Positions 1 through 13,063 are shown, counted from the stretch's first letter. The stretch is DNA of 64,000 nt from Octopus sinensis (GCF_006345805.1 NC_043000.1:25172001-25236000), one strand, 5' to 3'. Translations and numbers: made by a program. Notes: generated by a model from the letters alone, not told the origin.

Positions 1-450
1 TACTGAGGTATACACATAAATACATCCATCCATACATACATGTTATAAATGAATTATATATACACGCATACACATGCATCGTTTAAGCGTGCTGCATGTG
101 ACTGTTGCCATTATTTGGAGTCTGAAATAAGGATAAACAGAATGAACAAATAAATGATTTCTGTGCAATCCAAACAAAGCGAAAAAGAATTTCAAAATGA
201 TCAGAATAGAAGGGAAATTCTTGTAATGAAAAGACATTGGTAAGTGAGAATTGTGGTGCTAGTCACGTAGATTCTTCTCTTCAAATATTTCAAATTCTCT
301 TCGTGTTTTCTATAGAATTTACAACATCTGTTATGAATAATTTGATTAGAAAATATATTGGAAAACTTTTACGATACTTAGCATGTGATTGGCTCATCTT
401 GTACGTATCTGGACATTTTTAAATGTATATTTTAATCTTAAACAACAATG

Positions 451-455
451 TTGTG

Positions 456-516
<61 letters not shown>

Positions 517-528
517 ATGTATATTTGT

Positions 529-603
<75 letters not shown>

Positions 604-616
604 ATATATATATATA
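451..616. repeat. (TA)n microsatellite
   Basis: Near-pure TA run. Confidence 0.95.
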
Positions 617-1758
617 CTAGCAGCATAGCCCGGCGTTGCCCGGGTATGTAAGAGCCCCTAGTAGGCAACGACTAATCCCAATCTAGTCTTTTCCCTCTAG
701 GGAACGAAGGCGCATGTGTAGGTTTCAATGTCTTCTCTTCACTCCCAAATAATTATCAAACAGCTATCGATAATTCAACCCAACCAATTCCTACCAGGAA
801 GAAATTACATTCGAGACTTTACCCCCAACACCGCTACTTCTGCTAATAGCTGCTGCAGCCGCAAGTTATTCGAATACATTTTTCGTTTAAACTTTCGTTA
901 TAACTACCACCCCAAACGTTTTACCTTAAATTTTTGACGTACCTTAGGTCCTCGGACGCTACTTGCAAACTCTTGGTTTATTATAAACCGCTTTTGTCGT
1001 GTGCACCAAAAAACCTTTTCCATTCGTTTGTTCAGTTTGGTCACTTTTGACTTTTTCGTTGTTGTCACTCACATTACTGTCCGCGTTTTTGCCGTTTTTG
1101 TACATTTTTATACATTTTGGGATACTTCCCCACAGTGTTCCGAGAGTTAAAAAGGTCGAGTTGCGTCCCCTAGACAGTCTGTGGTTTGTGTTTAATACAC
1201 AAATCGTTTGCTATGTATGCCACATATGATTTAATTAACCGATTTTTTCAGTAATAAAGTATCCTATTGGAATAAAATGGGCCATATAGCTCCTTGGAGC
1301 AGACATGATGCTCGCTGTGAATTAAAAAAAAAATTCCTGCCAATTTGTGAAAGATATTGTCGAAAATATGTCATCTTGAATTTGAACGCGATTTCCCAAA
1401 ATGGCATGATTTTATCGATTTTTTCTGATGGTAAGGTATTGCATGGAAAACTAACGTCAGAATTAAGTTTCTTAGGATAACATTAAGCTTCACCATGAGT
1501 TTGGTGAAAATCGATTGCAAGTTGCGAAAACTACAACAGAACATGTGTTGCATAGATTCTCGACCCCATGTCGAATTTATCTATTCTTTTCAGAACTGGG
1601 GGAATTTTACAAAATTTTCGCTGCGTTAGTTTTGAATTATGACATTGGGCTATGTGTGTGTCAAGTTTCATCAGAACCGGTTGAAAGCCGTGGTCAGGGT
1701 GAGGGTACAACCTGACAGACACACAGACAGACAAACTGCCGTTTATATAGAGAGAAGA
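617..1758 (-). mobile_element. Non-autonomous Helitron, long form of the family also at 13.1 and 45.6 kb
   Basis: Minus strand starts A|TC(TTCTCTCTATATAAAC) and ends with hairpin CCCGGGCAACGCCGGG + CTAG|T; 1561-1758 and 1141-1195 match the shorter copies. Confidence 0.8.
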
Positions 1759-2024
1759 TATATATATATATATATATCGTGTTACGCTAAGAAGTGATAC
1801 AAGGTACTAGAATTTTCGATTCGAGTCGGATATAACAAACTATTCCAAACCGTTGGACAGGTTATATTTTGAAATGTTCTAACTGAGGAAGATCCTTTGT
1901 AATGGATGTATTTCCTATTATATGTTACAAAGACATGAAACGCACGTATTAAATGATGTCATGATTTACAAGTATTACTATTTAGTTTGACTTAATTATT
2001 ACAAATTATATATATATATACGTT

Positions 2025-2150
2025 TATCAATTCGTTTTGCAAGATTCCTTATGTGAAATCGTGTGTTGAAACAGATATTGTTGTACTTCAAGATAGTCAT
2101 TTTATTTATGATTATTATTTTTTTTCCAAATAAACACACGCACTATTATG
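2025..2150 (+). repeat. Unclassified interspersed repeat
   Basis: Homologous in reverse orientation to 25030-25135 (GTGAAATCGTG..TTGAAACAGAT..TTGT block). Confidence 0.6.
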
Positions 2151-2227
2151 TGTGTTTATTTTATTTGCACCCCCCTCCCCAAATGATAATAATTAATAGA
2201 ATGTCCATCCCGAAGTACAACAATATA

Positions 2228-2250
2228 TATATATTATATATATATATATA

Positions 2251-2303
<53 letters not shown>

Positions 2304-2348
2304 ATATATATATATGTAATTATATATATACAGAGATAGATAGATCTG

Positions 2349-2402
<54 letters not shown>

Positions 2403-2440
2403 TATGTAGATAGATAGATAGATAGATCTGTAGATAGATA
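2228..2440. repeat. (TA)n followed by (TAGA)n array, left flank of the LINE
   Basis: Direct reading; TCTG variant units near 2347 and 2427. Confidence 0.95.
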
Positions 2441-4914
2441 AGTTTCTTTATTGGCCACACAGGGCTGCACACAGATGGGACAAATTACAAGGTAGAGCTT
2501 TTCTTTTGAGGGATGCAAAAAAAAATTTGGCGTAGGTTTTCGATCAAAAGGGATCGTAAAAGAGAAAAAAGAAAAAAAAGAAAACAAGGAAAAGAAACAA
2601 AAGAAAAGAAAAAGGAAAAAAGAAGAAAAAAGGGGAAAAAAGGGGAAGAGGAAAAAAACGATCAATAGGGATCGTGTATCACAGTGTCATGATGGACGGT
2701 GTAAAGGGGGAAGCAGATAAGGTTTATCCGTGGGAAGAAAAGCCTACCAAAAAAACCACGGTAATCTCGGTCAATATTGTTATATGTTACCACATTTGTT
2801 TGCAAGTGGGTAACCCCCTGTTTTCAATTTCTGGCTTCATAGGATTATGCTCAGGTGGCTTCGTCATTCATAGTGCCATCCTTGCTACATTCACCCATCT
2901 TTTTTAAAAACATTCGCTAGACAAAACTTGTCTCTCTACTCTCACTTTCCTTTTCAAGTGGTACTTGAAGAAGTTGATGAAAGATTGACTAGAGAGGAAA
3001 GTGTTTGTCTCCAATCCTTTCAGACGCGTCTACCAGATACATTCTTTCGCCATAGCCACAAGGATGATGAAACTATCTCTTCCTTCCCGTTTGAAGGAAG
3101 GAGGCGTGACAACATTGACGATAGACTCAGCTGATAAACCGACTCGTCTCACACGTAACAGCAGTTGTTCGACATAAGCCCACAGGTCGGAAATTGTTGT
3201 ACACTGCACGAGTGCGTGCAGAACGGTTTCGTCGCTCTGACCGCATCTCGGGCAGGTCGGCCCCGTGTTTCTCGAGCCGTGTCTGTAGAGCTTATCCCGA
3301 ACGGGTAGCGCTTCTCGGTAACAGCCAGCCAGGGATCTCTGGAAGTTGTCCATGGGCCCTGGCCCGAAAGTCGTCCCGAACAGGCGGGTCAGGTATTCCT
3401 CGTCGACGTCCAGGTTCGCCCCGAGCTCGTCGTCGTACCTCCCGTCCACTGATCCCCTATAGAATGCTTGGGTTGTGATGGAGTCACTCAAGGTCGACCC
3501 GGGACGGCAGAGTTGCTTGAGAGCAACGCGACACTCGCGGTGCCATTCGCCCTTCCTCGGCCTCTTTTTGATCCACGACTGCAGTTCGGTCATGGAGACG
3601 AGCTGCGGGAAAGCGTGCCTCACAAACGGCGACCACACCTGTTCACCGTCGTCTACGAAGAGCTTGAGATGTCGCAGTCTCAGCGCGTGTCTGCGCATCA
3701 TCAACCACGGCATGCCCAGTCCTCCTTTTAATGGGTGTTGACAGCAAATGGATCGCCAGACCATCGGGACGCATCCTTTCCACAAGAAGCGAAAGAGAAT
3801 GCGTTCTAGTTCGGTGATGGTAGGGTCGGGACAAGGTACGACGGTCAGGCGGTAGTAGATGACGGACGCGATGTACGTGTTCACCACCTCCGCCCGACCT
3901 TTTAGGGACAGTTTCCTCTCGGCCCATTGCCGGGCGAGAGTGACCACCCTACTCGTTATCTCGTTCCAGTTCTTCTCCATTTGGAGGTTCAGACCGAACC
4001 TGACCCCGAGCAACTCAACCGGACTGTCGGTCCAGCGTCCCACGACGGAGGCGCTGGTGGACGGCATGGGCTTGCTTCTCCAGGTGCCTAGTCGCAAGCC
4101 CACTGATTTTTCCCGGTTGATTTTCGCTCCTGTCACCGCTTCGTAATTTTTCAGTGTCTCGCCGACCTGCTCGATGTGCTCGTGGCTAGACACTATGACG
4201 GTGACGTCGTCCGCGTATGCAGACACGCTCGTGCCGCATCCCAGTTCTCGTGGGATGCCCCTCAGAGTTGCCAGCTTCCGCAATAATGGCTCGAGAGTCA
4301 ATACGTATAGACGCGACGAGAGGGGGCATCCCTGACGGACCGAACGTGCGATGTCGAAAGGTCTCGATAGATGTCCATTTACGCGAATTACCGAACGGAT
4401 GCCTCTGTACAAAGCGGCTATCCAGCCACGGAAGACGGGACCGAAGCCAGCCGCTCTGAGGACAGCCTCCAAGTATTGATGGTCTACCCTATTGAAAGCT
4501 TTCGATTGATCCAAATTGATCAGCGCCCCACCCATGCCAGGTTCGTTAACTACCCTGTCTATGATGTAGCGCATCAAGTCGAGGTTGTAATGGATGGTCC
4601 GGCCCGGCACGGCGCACGTTTGCGCCTTGTCGACCAGTTTCTCGATGACAAGCGCCAACTTCTTGGCTAACACCTTGGCCAAAATTTTGAAGTCTGCATT
4701 AAGCAGAGTGATGGGCCTAAAGTTATCTATCACATTTCCCTTGTTTAGATCTTTCTTCAGCAGTGTTACGGCTCCTCGGCTCACAAAACCAGGAATGTTC
4801 CCGTTTTGCTGCCAGTTGCAGTACACCGCTGCCAAGACGTCTCCAAAAAGTCTGGCATACAACTGTAAAGCTCGTAGGGTAGACCATCCAAACCCGGCGA
4901 TTTGTCCCTCGAGC
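2441..4914 (-). mobile_element. 5'-truncated L1/Tx1-clade LINE with TSD
   Basis: RT and C-terminal zinc-finger coding sequence; 3' UTR with AATAAA (2447-2452) just inside the 3' end; ATCTGTAGATAGATA duplicated at 2426-2440 and 4915-4929. Confidence 0.92.
3030..4914 (-). pseudogene. Disabled ORF2 (RT + CCHC zinc finger) of the Tx1-like LINE
   Basis: RPITLLNADFKILAK, LDQSKAFNRVDH, RQGCPLS, YADD, CPRCGQSDETVLHALVQC; KSPGLDGLPYELY lies in another frame (frameshift near 4850); stop at 3030 is read through by ORF2-like sequence, so it looks premature. Confidence 0.9.
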
Positions 4915-4919
4915 ATCTG

Positions 4920-4988
<69 letters not shown>

Positions 4989-5004
4989 CTGTAGATAGAT
5001 AGAT

Positions 5005-5049
<45 letters not shown>

Positions 5050-5085
5050 CAGATAGATGTATATGTATGTATGTATGTATGTGTG
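4915..5085. repeat. (TAGA)n array grading into (TATG)n, right flank of the LINE
   Basis: Direct reading. Confidence 0.95.
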
Positions 5086-5929
5086 TGTTTGTTTTTTTTT
5101 TAGTGGGGTTGCCAAGTTATAATAAAAGCAATCTAATATTAAACTGAAGGATTACACAATACTTTTAGTTGAGTACATAGCCATCAAGCTATTACAAGAA
5201 AATAGGTGACAGTGACTTCGAAGTTCGGCCCGTTTGCCTGTCGGAAGGAGTTACTATATCGCTAACAAGCGCACTATTATTATTGTACCCTAAAAAAAAT
5301 ATCATATCAGTCATCGAGCGAACCATTTGGTGATGTTTGCCCGTGTTTGTATGCGCGCTAAATATCTATCATATTTTCGTAAGTCTTCTTCGAAGCGAGC
5401 AAATGACTCACACGTATTCATGGCAGTTTCGTTTTTCCTTTAAAGCAGTTGCGTTTCTAGGCGTACGCTGAGCAGTTTGGCTACGTTCTTGTGTTTCCAA
5501 GTATATTTTGTCGAATATAGAGAGATGTTATGATTGGTGTTGCAAATGTGTTTATGACAGCGTTAGTATTTTTGCTATAAATATTCTGGTTTCTAGTCTT
5601 TTCTTTGTCAAAAGATTTATTTTTGTTGCTCCCACAGTTTTTACACACAAACACACACACACTTGTACACAAATTGATATACTTCCAGCATCTTGGTAAG
5701 CCAGCCATGTGGGACCAAATCAAAGGCTTTCTCGCATTCGATCCATCGATCTAACAGCGCTCTCTTATTTGTTCTTACGAATAATTAATATATTTTTCCA
5801 ACAATGAGCTAATTAATAGCCCCGTAGGACACAGACATACAGCTCTTCTGCTCAATAAGAATCTCATTGTATTTTGTAATTGAATTATTCCTATGGAATA
5901 ATTTTGGTGGTGGGGGCCTTATTCTTATC

Positions 5930-6869
5930 ACGTTTCTTGTTGGTGTTTAACCCTGGGTCGGCAAGTGATGAAGGAACCCATTATCAAGAATTGCTGCCAT
6001 GAACATCTCATCTTTTTCTCAGGTTGTTTGTTGCCAAATTCTTGTTGAAGAGCTTAGTTTGCTCTGGCTAATAGTTTGAGCCATACACCGAGACCGTAAT
6101 CCTCTCAGAAATACCTAGAGGAGGAATGAGCGCGTTCGTGTTTTCTCCAGCGCGTCTTCCTTTTTTTTTTTTTTGACGGAGTTACAGTTCTTGGGAAAGT
6201 GTAGACAAAATGTGACATCGGGAATGTTGTCTGGTGCACACAGACCTGTCCTGTAACAGTCGGACAATGCGAATGATAGAACCTAAACGATAAATAGACC
6301 GTAATATATATATAATCAATGTGATGTATACGTTCGTCGTTCCTGCCCGACTTTGCAAGACTAGCTTGCTCTCAGCCCATTTCTAGGTGAGGCCAGCTTG
6401 GTTCCTACTGCGATGAGGCCCTACAGACCGTTCCAGATCCTCCGTGCAATGCTCCACCATACTGGCTGATGGAATGAACTTGTTTATTCAGACGCCACCA
6501 ACTATTTCAGATTAATTTTTACTCCTATTACCTCTGCATATTCCTTTATAAAGGGGCCGACCACTTGAACTCATGTCTAATTCTGCGAGACAATTACGTT
6601 GACGTCATCTGCATATTCCGGCACTGCTCTCCTGGATTCCAGTCCAAACTAGATAACCCTAAAAATCTCTAGTTTACGTATTAGGGGCTTGAGACATTCC
6701 TGTCACAACCTGGGACCTTGAAGACTGCTTAAATGCAAGAAAGTATACTAGTCCCTTAATATTTTATATTCAACATTTCATCTATTCAATAAGACAATCA
6801 ATACTTCATTTCATTTTACTATATATATATTATTTATACTATATATTCTATAGAGTTGGAATTCCTTTG

Positions 6870-6960
<91 letters not shown>

Positions 6961-7140
6961 GGAATTTACAAAAAAAAAAAAAATGAAGATGGGTGTGTAA
7001 ACAACAAACAGATGTATTAATTTAACGCTCGGGAAGTGAGAAAGTCTTTTATATTTCGAGCCTTCGCTCTTCGATAGAGAGGAACACAGAAATAAATAGA
7101 GAGAGAAAATAAAAGTTTAATGGCTAGCGATCAATCTTGG

Positions 7141-7206
<66 letters not shown>

Positions 7207-8260
7207 TATATTATATATATATATATATATATAAGACAACCAAGACAAGTCGAATTGTTTCTCGTAAGTAGCCATTTCTTCAGATATTGATCTCCGTTGC
7301 AGCAGGCCACTCTCCAAAAACGAATACGGAACAAACTGCTTTGAAGGCAGTAGCTAAATAACAATCCTAGACCTCATTGTAAACTATCGATTTATTCAAA
7401 TTGATCAAATCTCCATGAAAAACTCATTTGTTACCCACCACTTCTATGTATGAAGGGAACGCTGTCATAATTGCTGATTAAAATATGAAGCGACGGTTGT
7501 TGTGGACAGAAATTCCCGGGTTCGCATATTTCGTCGTCTCCAGCATTAGTGACGAACACCTACATCTTTACTCGCGTTTCAGCCAAAATTTTAAACTCTG
7601 CAAACAATAAAGCTACGAACGGTATATTATCAAAAACACTCTCCACTCTTCGTTTGCATCCTTCCACATCAGCACCACCGTTCTCCGGCTCACAGAACTG
7701 AGATTTTTTCCGTTCTGCTGCCTGTTGGGATAGATGTTTGCTAAGACCCCCACAAAAAAGTTTGGCATGTACACAAAGCTCAAAGAGCAGACCATTCAAG
7801 CAATTACTCCTTTACCGCCAATTTTTAGTAACCAAACCTCAGATGCGGTTATCTACTTTTCACAACTTTACACGTCTTTTATCAAAAGCTGCGTTAGGTC
7901 ATCGAGGTAGGACCTGAAGTCTACTAACATCTCCGATGCACCCATCCACCCCAAATAGTTGAACAAGGGGCTGATGGTAAACCGTACATATCTATTTGGA
8001 ATCGAGCAGAAAGCATCTATCCCTGCCTGTCAGAAATCGAAATGTAGATTATGTTGACACGTCGAACCCTTGCCAACCAAGTCCAACAATCAGCCTTCAT
8101 TCCGTCGTGTTTCAGAGTACAGATCTCAGCTGACAACGCAACCTCTTTTCTTTCACGTTGAAGAGATGATTGAAGAAAGGGTCAAAAGCTATTTTAGCAG
8201 GTCAGTCACGATGCCTATCTTTAGCCACCTTTTCTATTTTGGCCACCAGCTCTAGCTTTC
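5930..8260 (-). mobile_element. Old, heavily degraded L1/Tx1 ORF2 remnant interrupted by TA arrays and another repeat
   Basis: Manual minus-strand translation: LLFAEFKILA (~7590), NPGISVHNN (~7510), LINLNKS (~7400), EYADDVNVIVS (YADD at 6604-6615), KWAESKLVLQSRA (~6370); motifs are colinear with the ORF2 at 3030-4914. Confidence 0.7.
7011..7115 (-). mobile_element. Repeat terminus, probably a Penelope-like element tail
   Basis: Reverse homology to 37005-37135 (GAAGAGCG.AGGCTCGAAA); the Penelope class is inferred from the motif only. Confidence 0.45.
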
Positions 8261-8329
8261 AATCTATTTCTCTCTATCGCTATTACTTTGCTACTCAACT
8301 CCCATCAGATTTTCGCCGCTCTCCGGCTG

Positions 8330-8655
8330 GACTTTGATGGGTCATTCGGTGTGGGGACGGCCCAATGCGGCTCTCGATGCAGTTTGCAGCGTCAGAAAAA
8401 GGTTTTTTCTCTCTAAATGCCACCAATTTGACAAGCTGGCCCTTCGAAATATAGGTACAGCAGAAATAGGAAGAAAGAGTGAGAGAAAGAATGGTGAAAG
8501 AGTAAAGCAGGGTTCGCCCCCCCCCCTGCTGGAGCCTCGTAGAGCTTTAGGTATTTTCACTCAATAAACACTCACAACGCCCGGTCTAGGAATCGAAACC
8601 GCGATCCTACGACCGCGAGTCCGCTATCCTAACTACTGGACCATTGTGCTTCCAC
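8330..8655 (-). mobile_element. tRNA-derived SINE, family C (tRNA-Arg-like head)
   Basis: Head ..GGTTAGG.AGCGGACTCGCGGTCGTAGGATCGCGGTTTCGATTCC with B box; shared with 19.7, 23.1, 27.2, 48.2 and 48.6 kb. Confidence 0.8.
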
Positions 8656-9181
8656 ATACATATATACACACATGCATAAATATACATGTACACAGACAAA
8701 CACACACACACATATATATATAGATCCATACATCCATAGACACACACACACACCACACACGCGCACGCACACACACACATACACAAATATGAAACATTCG
8801 GAATACAAGACCATATTAATCACGTTATAAAATATGTTTTAAAGTTGGCAATGACATAGCAAGGAATGAATGAAATCAAAGTAAAAACACCAACGTAAAT
8901 CTAATCTAAAGAATATTCTAGTGACTCAGTGAATCATACTTAATGAATGTGTTGTAATAAATATAGCAGATACTGTTAACTCCCCAAATTGCTACAACAA
9001 CCACGGGGATCTGAGATGCCGCTATTGTGAGTTTTCTGTTGTCTAGGAACGGTTTTTTTAATGCATTTATGATGTAAGCTAAAAGTGGGGCGTACACTGA
9101 ATTTTTACGGACACGCTGTAATGAACGTCATTTTATTAGCGGCTTAATGCGCAGCGGGAAAAAAACGAAAAGAAGTAATCC

Positions 9182-9665
9182 TGTGTGTGTGTGTGTGTGT
9201 GTGTTGTGTGTGTGTGTGTGTGTGCGCGCGTCTGTGTGTGTGCGCGTGTGTGTGTGTGTACATATAAATGTATATATACATACATGCATATAAACATACA
9301 TATGTGTTTGTGTCTCTGTGTGTGTGTATATATGTATATATCTGTGTGTGTACATATATACGTATACATGTATACATACATACGAATAAACATACATATG
9401 TGTATGTGTTTGTGTGTACATATATATGTATATATACATGCATATACACATACATATGTGTGTGTTTATGTGTGTTTTTGTGTGTGTGTGTGTGTGTGTG
9501 TGTATACATGCATATAAACATACATACGTGTGTGTACCATATGTATATATGTATATATAAATATGCATATATCTGTGTGTGTGTTTGTGTGTGTGTGTAC
9601 ATATATATGTATATATACATACATACATATATACGTACATATGTGTGTGTGTATGTGTGTGTCGA
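9182..9665. repeat. Compound (GT)/(TA)/(CATA) microsatellite
   Basis: Direct reading. Confidence 0.9.
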
Positions 9666-10155
9666 TATGCCTATATATGTGTCTAAGCCCAATGAGCGTA
9701 GAATCCTGCCCCTTACCCTTAATGTATTCCTTTTTTGACAGTTTTACTCCCTGCAAGGTAAGGGTTCCTGATTGGTGATGCAAATTTCAAGTGTGGACAT
9801 ACCACTGTCATATACAGTTTTAAATAGATAGCTGGAAAGCGGCTGACAAAGGTCTTACTGAGTGATGCTAGGACACCCTCTCAGTCTTCTTGACAATCTT
9901 AGAGGTGTGGTTTGTCCAACACAGGAGAGTGTGCGAATTTAACCCTTCGTGGGCCAGTGGGTTTGAAATTACACAAAAGGTCATTGGAGTCCCGAGGGAC
10001 CTCCTTTTATTTTTGAGCATTTCCGCACTATCCATAAATTATTAGCCTTTAATGGAGGGGAAGTAAAATATGATTTATTGACTGAAAAAAAAAATCTTCA
10101 TTGAAAGGAATCAACACTTCTTATAGTTTTATGAATTATACATATCGCACTAAAT

Positions 10156-10749
10156 ATTTGGTTGTTTCACATGAAATGTCGTATTTGAAAGGTAACAATA
10201 AAAGGTTTCCCAAGTGTTAGAGAACTGATTTATTTAATCAAAATATGGTCCACGTTCATTTATGACGTTTACCCACCTTTCTCTATGTTTTATATTCCAT
10301 CTTAAAAAAAAATCATCTTTTGCTGTGATAAACTGTCCGAATGCTTCAATTACCTCTTTTCTATTTTGGAATGTTTTATTGCTTATGAAAAGCTCACAAT
10401 ACTTAAATAAGTGATGATCAGTAGGAGATATATCAGGGGGAGAGGGAGGATGTTGCAAAATCTCATAATTCAGGCTTTGCAACTTTTGGACTGTAGCTTG
10501 AGGAGTGTGAGGATGTGCATTGTCGTGGAGCAAAATTGAGCCATCTCTATTCACTAGTCTGGGTTGCTTCTTTTTCAAATTCTCATGCATACAATCAATT
10601 TCTTGGCAATACGATGTTGCTGTTTATCGTTTTTTCTTGTTGCAAAAGTAAATAATGAATAACTCCCTTCGCAGACCACCATACAGTGACCACTAACTTT
10701 TTAGGGTGCAATGGTGGATTTGGCTGGTGTTTAGGTGACTCTCCTGCAT
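10156..10749 (-). pseudogene. mariner transposase 3' half (DD34D-type)
   Basis: HPKKLVVTVWWSAKGVIHY, LLHDNAHPH, HPPSPPDISPTDHHLF, RWVNVINERGPYFD*; possible TIR TATTTGGTTG at 10156. Confidence 0.85.
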
Positions 10750-11178
10750 GGTACACCAGGCACATGCAACACAATCATATGTGCGCGACATGGTGATCTC
10801 ATATCAAGATAAACAGCGCATGACCTTGCAGGTGGGGCCCAGTTAGAATTTTCTTCTGGTCGAGTAGCTCATCCCGGTCAAAAGGTCCCTGAATAGGGAT
10901 TGTTTAAGGATGCTGAACGAACCACCCATGTTCCCAAAGGTGAATTATCCAAACCTCTAAGAATCCTTCTCAACACATGGCTATGATGCTCCCCCACTAC
11001 TTCTGCTCGTGATCAGAGATGCACATATTATCAGCCACTAAGGGACATGCTCAACTGGTTACGGTCAAACAACTGACAAGCAAATCTGTGGTATTGAGCA
11101 GAATATTTGCTGTAGCCCATCTTTCATACCAAGACAAAACAATGTACATGATAACACTTCCAATCAGTTAAGATCAGA
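10750..11178 (+). repeat. Partial copy of unclassified ~550-bp repeat E (left arm of palindrome)
   Basis: Matches the interior of 44224-44775 and the reverse complement of 11208-11636. Confidence 0.9.
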
Positions 11179-11725
11179 TGCAGTACCAGGCAGTGGCTCT
11201 CATGGCTTCTGATCTTAACTGATTGGAAGTGTTATCATGTATATTGTTTTGTCTTGGGATAAAAGATGGGCTACAGCAGATATTCTGCTCTGTACCACAG
11301 ATTTACTTGTCAGTTGTTTGACCGTAACCAGTTGAGCATGTCCCTTAGTGGCTGATAATATGTGCATCTCTGATCACGAGCAGAAGTAGTGGGGGAGCAT
11401 CATACCTATGTGTTGAGAGGAATTCCTAGAAGTTTTGATAATTCACCTTTGGAAACATGGGTAGTTCGTTCAATATCCTTAAACAACCCTTATTCAGGAA
11501 CCTTTTGAGCAGTATGGGCTACTCAACCAGAAGAAAATTCTAGCTGGGACCCACCTGCAAGGTCATGCGCTGTTTATCTTGATATGAGATCACCATGTCG
11601 CGCACATACGGTTGTGATGCATGTGCCTGGTGTACCCTTACCAGGCGGGTAGTCATGATGGGTATACTGGGCTTCGTATATTTTACCCCAGTGTCACTTT
11701 GATGGCATGCACTGCTCTCTCACTC
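11179..11725 (-). repeat. Near-complete copy of repeat E, ending at an (AAT)n run
   Basis: Reverse complement of 44224-44775. Confidence 0.9.
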
Positions 11726-11758
<33 letters not shown>

Positions 11759-12203
11759 TTGTATGCGCATACATAAACTATTAACAATTAAAAGTCATGA
11801 GATATAAAATCATTTAAGCAAAAAAATGTAAAAGTTGCTTAACATTTTAAAATTTGCTGGAGTCCCGCCGGCCCACGAAGAGTTAAAAGAGATTTAGTCG
11901 CTATTTCTAGCAGGTCAAACTACTGAAAGGTGTCTTCGTTGACGTTCCGTTATTTAGGATGCCGTTATTTGGGGGAGTTTAATATATAGAACACAGATTT
12001 TTTTTTTGTGCATAATTATCTATTTAGTCATCTCCAAGAGACTAATATTTCACTTAGATATTTCTGTGAAAATAAATAAATAAATAAATAAATAGATGGG
12101 AAAGACAAACACGGCTTAGCAACACATTGTATGAGTAAATAATTATAGACATGTTGTCAATGTGTGATTAGACGGAGTTAACATTGCACCGCCTGCCTGC
12201 TGG

Positions 12204-12385
12204 ATGATAACGGTGAAGATGATGACGACGATGATGATGATGAAAATGGTAGTGGTGATGGTGGTGACGATTATGATGACGACGACGATGATGATGATGA
12301 TGGTGATGATGATGATGATGATGACGATGATGAAGATGACGATGATGTTGATGATGACAATGATGATGATGAGGAGGAGGATGTT
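12204..12385. repeat. (GAT/GAC/GGT)n trinucleotide repeat
   Basis: Direct reading. Confidence 0.9.
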
Positions 12386-12448
12386 CGACTAAAACCCTTC
12401 AAGGTGGTGCCCCAGCTTGGCCACAGTCAAATGATTGAAACAAGTGAT

Positions 12449-12509
<61 letters not shown>

Positions 12510-12527
12510 GTATACATACATATATAT

Positions 12528-12745
12528 GGCTGTGTGGTAAGTACCTAGCTTACCAACCACATGGTTCCGGGTTCAGTCCCACTGCGTGGCCCTTTGTGCA
12601 CGTGTCTTCTACTATAGCCTCGGGTCGACCAAAGCATTGTGAGTGGATTTGGTAGACGGAAACTGAAAGAAGCCTGTCATATATATGTATATATATAATT
12701 GGTCGCAGTCAAGATGACTGAAACAAATAAAAGAATAAAAGAATA
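12528..12745 (+). mobile_element. tRNA-derived SINE family A, internally deleted
   Basis: GGCTGTGTGGTAAG..GGTTCCGGGTTCAGTCCCACTGCGTGG head plus 3' tail CAGTCAAGATGACTGAAAC. Confidence 0.8.
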
Positions 12746-12746
12746 T

Positions 12747-12811
<65 letters not shown>

Positions 12812-13063
12812 TGTGTGTGGCTCCAATATTCAATGCAAACTTGATTTATCGATCCCAAAATTATGAAAGGCAACATTTACTTCAAAGATATTTGACCTCA
12901 AACACACAGAAAACCGGTACAAATGCCGCAAGGCGTTCTCTCCGGCATTCAAACGGTTCTGCTAATTCTATTCCCCCTTCATAAAGCGTTATAGACTAAA
13001 TCGTTCTCGTTGTATAGCAAGTACTTATTTCATTCAGTCACTTGGTACTTTCTATTAGCCCTG

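Larger units (their letters stand above)
9943..11882. mobile_element. piggyBac-type non-autonomous shell carrying nested insertions
   Basis: TTAA|CCCTTCGTGGGCCAGTGGG (9939-9961) and CCCGCCGGCCCACGAAGAG|TTAA (11864-11886): 19-bp imperfect TIRs (3 mismatches), TTAA on both sides. Confidence 0.65.

Noticed and set aside
159-246. Plus-strand ORF MISVQSKQSEKEF.. ending at TG|GTAAGT
   Set aside because: No recognisable protein, no partner exon, and GTAAGT is frequent by chance in AT-rich DNA.
3030-4916. 628-aa ORF as an intact gene
   Set aside because: Its N-terminus is a frameshift artefact at a 5' truncation; it lacks an endonuclease and has an apparently premature stop.
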